NCBI GenBank assembly: GCA_047285535.1
Contig: JBJBDC010000001.1
Span: 1,632,136-1,696,135, forward strand
Source of the DNA: Synechococcus sp.
GTDB lineage: Bacteria > Cyanobacteriota > Cyanobacteriia > PCC-6307 > Cyanobiaceae
Direction of reading: 5' to 3'
DNA: 64,000 nucleotides
The notes beneath the pieces were generated by a model. The model searched no databases, was not told the DNA's origin, and saw only the letters and a list, made by a program, of their open reading frames with translations. Each line of letters begins with the position of its first letter. Positions within the stretch are counted from its first letter, which is position 1. Of the stretch, positions 60,620 to 64,000 are shown in pieces. The translations under genes were made by a program, and so were the position numbers.

Positions 60620-62539
60620 ATGTCTCTGCAACAGCCACTGCCCGCAACGACCGCCCTCGGACGCAATCCGGTGCTGCGGGCTCCGCAACTCCTGGGAGAT
60701 TGGGTGCTCTGGTTAGAGCAGCGTCCACAAGAGAAAGGTCGCACCACAGCGTTAATCCGCCGCTGGGGGGAACACGAAAGCACGCCCCTGGAGCTGACCC
60801 CTGCACCCATCAATTTGCGCAGCAGAGTGCACGAGTACGGCGGCGCTCCGCTGACTGCGAGCCTGCATCAGGGAACACTTCACTTGGTCTGGGTCGATGA
60901 CAATGACCGTTGCCTTTGGTGTCAATGCTGGCAAGGCCTTGATGGAGCTAGTCCCCAGATGCTGCGCTCACTCGCTGACGCAGAACGACTCACGTCACCA
61001 ACCAATCGTCAAAGCGCCCTTGCAGGAGGAGTTTTAGATCATTCCCGCAATCGATGGCTCGGGGTGATGGAGGACTCCGGTGGGGATCGATTGGTCAGCG
61101 TTGACCTCGAGCAACGAGATCAGACCCCTGTTGTGGTTCATCAACCTGCTGATTTCGCTGGCTACCTCGCCCTCAGTCCAGATGGAGCGCATCTCGCCTG
61201 GGTGGAATGGCAGCAGCCCTCGATGCCCTGGGATTGCTCGCAGCTGCTGCTGGCGCATCTCACGACTGCGGGCGAACTGGACCATGGCCTAGTGATCGCC
61301 GGCAGTGCAGCATCGGTGACACCAGGAATCTCCGTGTTTCAGCCCCAATGGCTGCCGGATGGAAGCCTCGTGGTTGCAGAAGACAGCAGTGGCTGGTGGA
61401 ACCTGATGCAATATCTCAGACCGGGCAGCTTGAACGACCAATGGCAACGCCTCTGGCCGATGACCGCAGAGACCGCCATGCCCCAATGGGTCTTTGGGAT
61501 GAGCACCACCGCTTGGGATGGTGAAAAACTTTTAGCGGCCGTCTGCGATCAGGGTGAATGGCAATTGCAACGGCTTGGGCTCGATGGGTCGGTAGACCCA
61601 TGGAATCAACCCTTCAACGATCTCTCAGAGCTCAATGCCTCAAATGGCAGGGCCGTAGCTATCGCAAGCAACAGCACCAGAGGCCAAGGGATTCTCGAGC
61701 TCGACCTAAGCCGAGGAACCTGGCATCACACTCCAGCCTCGCCAGCGGTCATGGAGACCAAAGACATCAGCGTGGCCCAATCGCTGTGGTTTGAAGGATT
61801 CAGAGGCCAACGCACCCATGCCTGGTACTACCCACCAGCCGGTGGAGGAGATCCAGGGTCACCATTACTCGTGAAAAGCCATAGCGGACCGACATCCATG
61901 GCCCGCCGTGGCCTCAGCCTTGCCATTCAGTTCTGGACTTCGCGGGGCTGGGGGGTTGTCGATGTGAACTACGGAGGATCGACAGGATTTGGCAAGGACT
62001 ACCGCAACCGGCTTCATGGGGGCTGGGGACAGGTGGATGTGGAAGATTGCGCAGCTGCCGCCAGAACCCTGATTGCCGCGGGCTGTGCCCACCCGGAACG
62101 CATTGCCATCGAAGGGGGGAGTGCCGGTGGCTTCACAACCCTGGCCTGCCTCTGTTTTACCGATGTCTTCCGGGCCGGGGCATGCCGTTATGCCGTCAGT
62201 GATCCTGCGGCTTTAGCCACGGACACCCATCGTTTTGAAGCTCGCTACCTGGATGGTCTGATCGGCCGCTGGCCAGAGGAACGCGATCTTTATGAGCAGC
62301 GGTCACCCCTGCACCATGTGGAACAGATTCGCTGTCCTGTGATCTTTTTCCAGGGTCTCAAAGACAAGGTCGTCCTGCCACAGCAAACCGAACGCATGGC
62401 CGATGCCTTGCGCCGCAATGCCATCCCAGTGGAAGTGCACACCTTCCAGGAGGAGGGGCATGGCTTCCGAGATAGCGCTGTGCAGGTCGCCGTTCTGGAG
62501 TCAACAGAGCGCTTTTTCCGCCAACACCTCAATTGTTAG
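60620..62539 (+). CDS. S9 family (prolyl oligopeptidase-like) peptidase
   Basis: HSGPT, GGSAGG, D-x-V-V and EGHGF. Confidence 0.93.
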   Translation: MSLQQPLPATTALGRNPVLRAPQLLGDWVLWLEQRPQEKGRTTALIRRWGEHESTPLELTPAPINLRSRVHEYGGAPLTASLHQGTLHLVWVDDNDRCLWCQCWQGLDGASPQMLRSLADAERLTSPTNRQSALAGGVLDHSRNRWLGVMEDSGGDRLVSVDLEQRDQTPVVVHQPADFAGYLALSPDGAHLAWVEWQQPSMPWDCSQLLLAHLTTAGELDHGLVIAGSAASVTPGISVFQPQWLPDGSLVVAEDSSGWWNLMQYLRPGSLNDQWQRLWPMTAETAMPQWVFGMSTTAWDGEKLLAAVCDQGEWQLQRLGLDGSVDPWNQPFNDLSELNASNGRAVAIASNSTRGQGILELDLSRGTWHHTPASPAVMETKDISVAQSLWFEGFRGQRTHAWYYPPAGGGDPGSPLLVKSHSGPTSMARRGLSLAIQFWTSRGWGVVDVNYGGSTGFGKDYRNRLHGGWGQVDVEDCAAAARTLIAAGCAHPERIAIEGGSAGGFTTLACLCFTDVFRAGACRYAVSDPAALATDTHRFEARYLDGLIGRWPEERDLYEQRSPLHHVEQIRCPVIFFQGLKDKVVLPQQTERMADALRRNAIPVEVHTFQEEGHGFRDSAVQVAVLESTERFFRQHLNC

Positions 62540-63218
62540 CGGCTTGGCCATATCCCAAGCCACGGAACTGGCGATGGACCTCTTCCATTTGTGATGCCGA
62601 CAACAGCGGAGGCTCCCCGAGCTGCAGAGCTTGCAAATACATCTGTGCCAGGGTCTCCACCTCAACGGCGATCTTCAGAGCCTGATCAAGATCCCGTCCT
62701 AAACTGACCAGACCATGGTGAGCCAGCAAACAGGCCTGCCGGTCTTTCAGTGCCTGCACCGTATGGGCTGACAACTCAGCGGTGCCGAAGGTGGCATAGG
62801 GTGCACAGCGAATGTCATCACCACCAGCCACCGCTGTCATGTAGTGGAACGGTGGAATCCCCCGGTCATGGCAGGCCAGCGCGGTTGCATGGATGGGATG
62901 GCAATGCAATACCGCCATCGCATCGGGGCGATCAGCGAAGACATCGGCATGCAAGCGCCACTCTGAAGAGGGTCTGCGGTCATGGCCAGGGAGTTCGGTG
63001 GGCAGAGGTTGGCCGCAACAATCGATCACCACCAGATCCTCCGGCTCCATCTGGTCATAGGCCAAGGAGCTGGGGGTCACCAACAATCCCCCCTCAATCC
63101 GCAACGACAGGTTGCCGGACGTGCCCTGATTCAAGCCAGTGCTGTTCATGGCACGGGCCACCTCCACGAGCTCGCGGCGCAAGGCCCGATCGTTCATCGC
63201 AACTCCTAAATCAGCCAC
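62529..63218 (-). CDS. Class II aldolase (FucA-like)
   Basis: [24 protein letters not shown] motifs. Confidence 0.9.
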   Translation of the reverse strand: MADLGVAMNDRALRRELVEVARAMNSTGLNQGTSGNLSLRIEGGLLVTPSSLAYDQMEPEDLVVIDCCGQPLPTELPGHDRRPSSEWRLHADVFADRPDAMAVLHCHPIHATALACHDRGIPPFHYMTAVAGGDDIRCAPYATFGTAELSAHTVQALKDRQACLLAHHGLVSLGRDLDQALKIAVEVETLAQMYLQALQLGEPPLLSASQMEEVHRQFRGLGYGQAANN

Positions 63219-64000
63219 GGTTGTAGAGCTCCTTCAGGCCAACTTCGCTGGCCGTCACCACACCAAGATCGGTGATCAGAGCCGTGACAAGCCGCGCCGG
63301 GGTGACGTCGAACGCCGGGTTAAAGCCGGCACAACCATCAGGCGTGAGCTGCACACTCACAATTTCACCTGCCGACTCCCCAGCAGTCATACGCCCCTGG
63401 ATGGAAGTCACTTCCTCAGCAGAACGCGCCTCAATCGGGATCTCTGCCACGCCATCCGCAAGGCGCCAATCGATGGTGGACGTCGGCAGGGCGACATAAA
63501 AAGGCACGTTGTTGTCATGGGCCGCCAGAGCCTTGAGATAGGTGCCAACTTTGTTGCAGACATCACCGCAGCGCGTGGTGCGATCCGTGCCAACGATCAC
63601 AGCATCCACCTGGCCATGCTGCATCAGGTGACCACCTGCGTTGTCCACAATCACGGTGTGAGGAACCCCCTCACGGGCCAACTCATAGGCCGTGAGCGAT
63701 GCCCCTTGATTGCGCGGCCTGGTCTCATCCACCCAAACATGAATGTTCAGCCCTGCTCGATGGGCTTTATAGATCGGTGCCAACGCCGTTCCCCAGTCAA
63801 CAGTTGCTAACCAGCCGGCATTGCAATGGGTAAGCACCTGAAAGGGCTCGTTTTGGCGTGCACTCGGTCGCTGCTCGGCCAACCTCCGAAACAGATCGAG
63901 GCCATGCTCCCCAATCGCCTCGCACATCGCCACATCTTCATCAGCAATCAGCGCCGCCTCCCGCCGAGCCGCAGCCGCTCGCTCCGCTTCCGGCAACGGT
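63211..64000 (-). CDS. mtnA: S-methyl-5-thioribose-1-phosphate isomerase (5' end outside the window)
   Basis: [34 protein letters not shown]. Confidence 0.95.
   Translation of the reverse strand, partial: PLPEAERAAAARREAALIADEDVAMCEAIGEHGLDLFRRLAEQRPSARQNEPFQVLTHCNAGWLATVDWGTALAPIYKAHRAGLNIHVWVDETRPRNQGASLTAYELAREGVPHTVIVDNAGGHLMQHGQVDAVIVGTDRTTRCGDVCNKVGTYLKALAAHDNNVPFYVALPTSTIDWRLADGVAEIPIEARSAEEVTSIQGRMTAGESAGEIVSVQLTPDGCAGFNPAFDVTPARLVTALITDLGVVTASEVGLKELYNRG

Noticed and set aside
43552..63810. Many antisense and alternate-frame ORFs over core genes
   Set aside because: Shadow ORFs of GC-rich coding sequence.
1..64000. CRISPR array, cas genes, reverse transcriptase/retron/DGR
   Set aside because: No regularly spaced repeat-spacer array and no Cas or RT motifs in the ORFs.

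Overview
Marine picocyanobacterial (Synechococcus-like) chromosome. Bases ~1-39,900 are an AT-richer mosaic genomic island. It holds small hypothetical genes, pseudogenes and internal duplications, plus tRNA-Ser 3'-end scars, a primase-type zinc-finger fragment, and several sRNAs/riboswitches (a Yfr1-like/Yfr2-like pair, three glutamine-II riboswitch-peptide modules, a cobalamin riboswitch). Cargo genes include M23 peptidase, SDR, MscL, nitrilase, HupE/UreJ, an LCAT-like lipase, a multi-CBM GH16 surface protein and two CCRG-2-type double-glycine peptides. The island ends at a permuted two-piece tmRNA (~39,960-40,205). After that comes core genome: RNA methyltransferase, smc, msrB, tRNA-Leu, accC, psbX, ycf66, hli, ABC transporter, HIT, comM/yifB, rpsU, def, S9 peptidase, class II aldolase, mtnA. 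The best candidate for an undescribed system is 18.7-22.8 kb. There an inverse-autotransporter beta-barrel carries a lasso-leader-like KKKKWxxPxI motif and a short 4-Cys tail, next to a stand-alone PqqD/RRE, an HPr-kinase-like kinase, a sulfotransferase and a GNAT-like protein, with no lasso cyclase or free precursor in view. All family calls come from motif recognition by eye; no searches were run.
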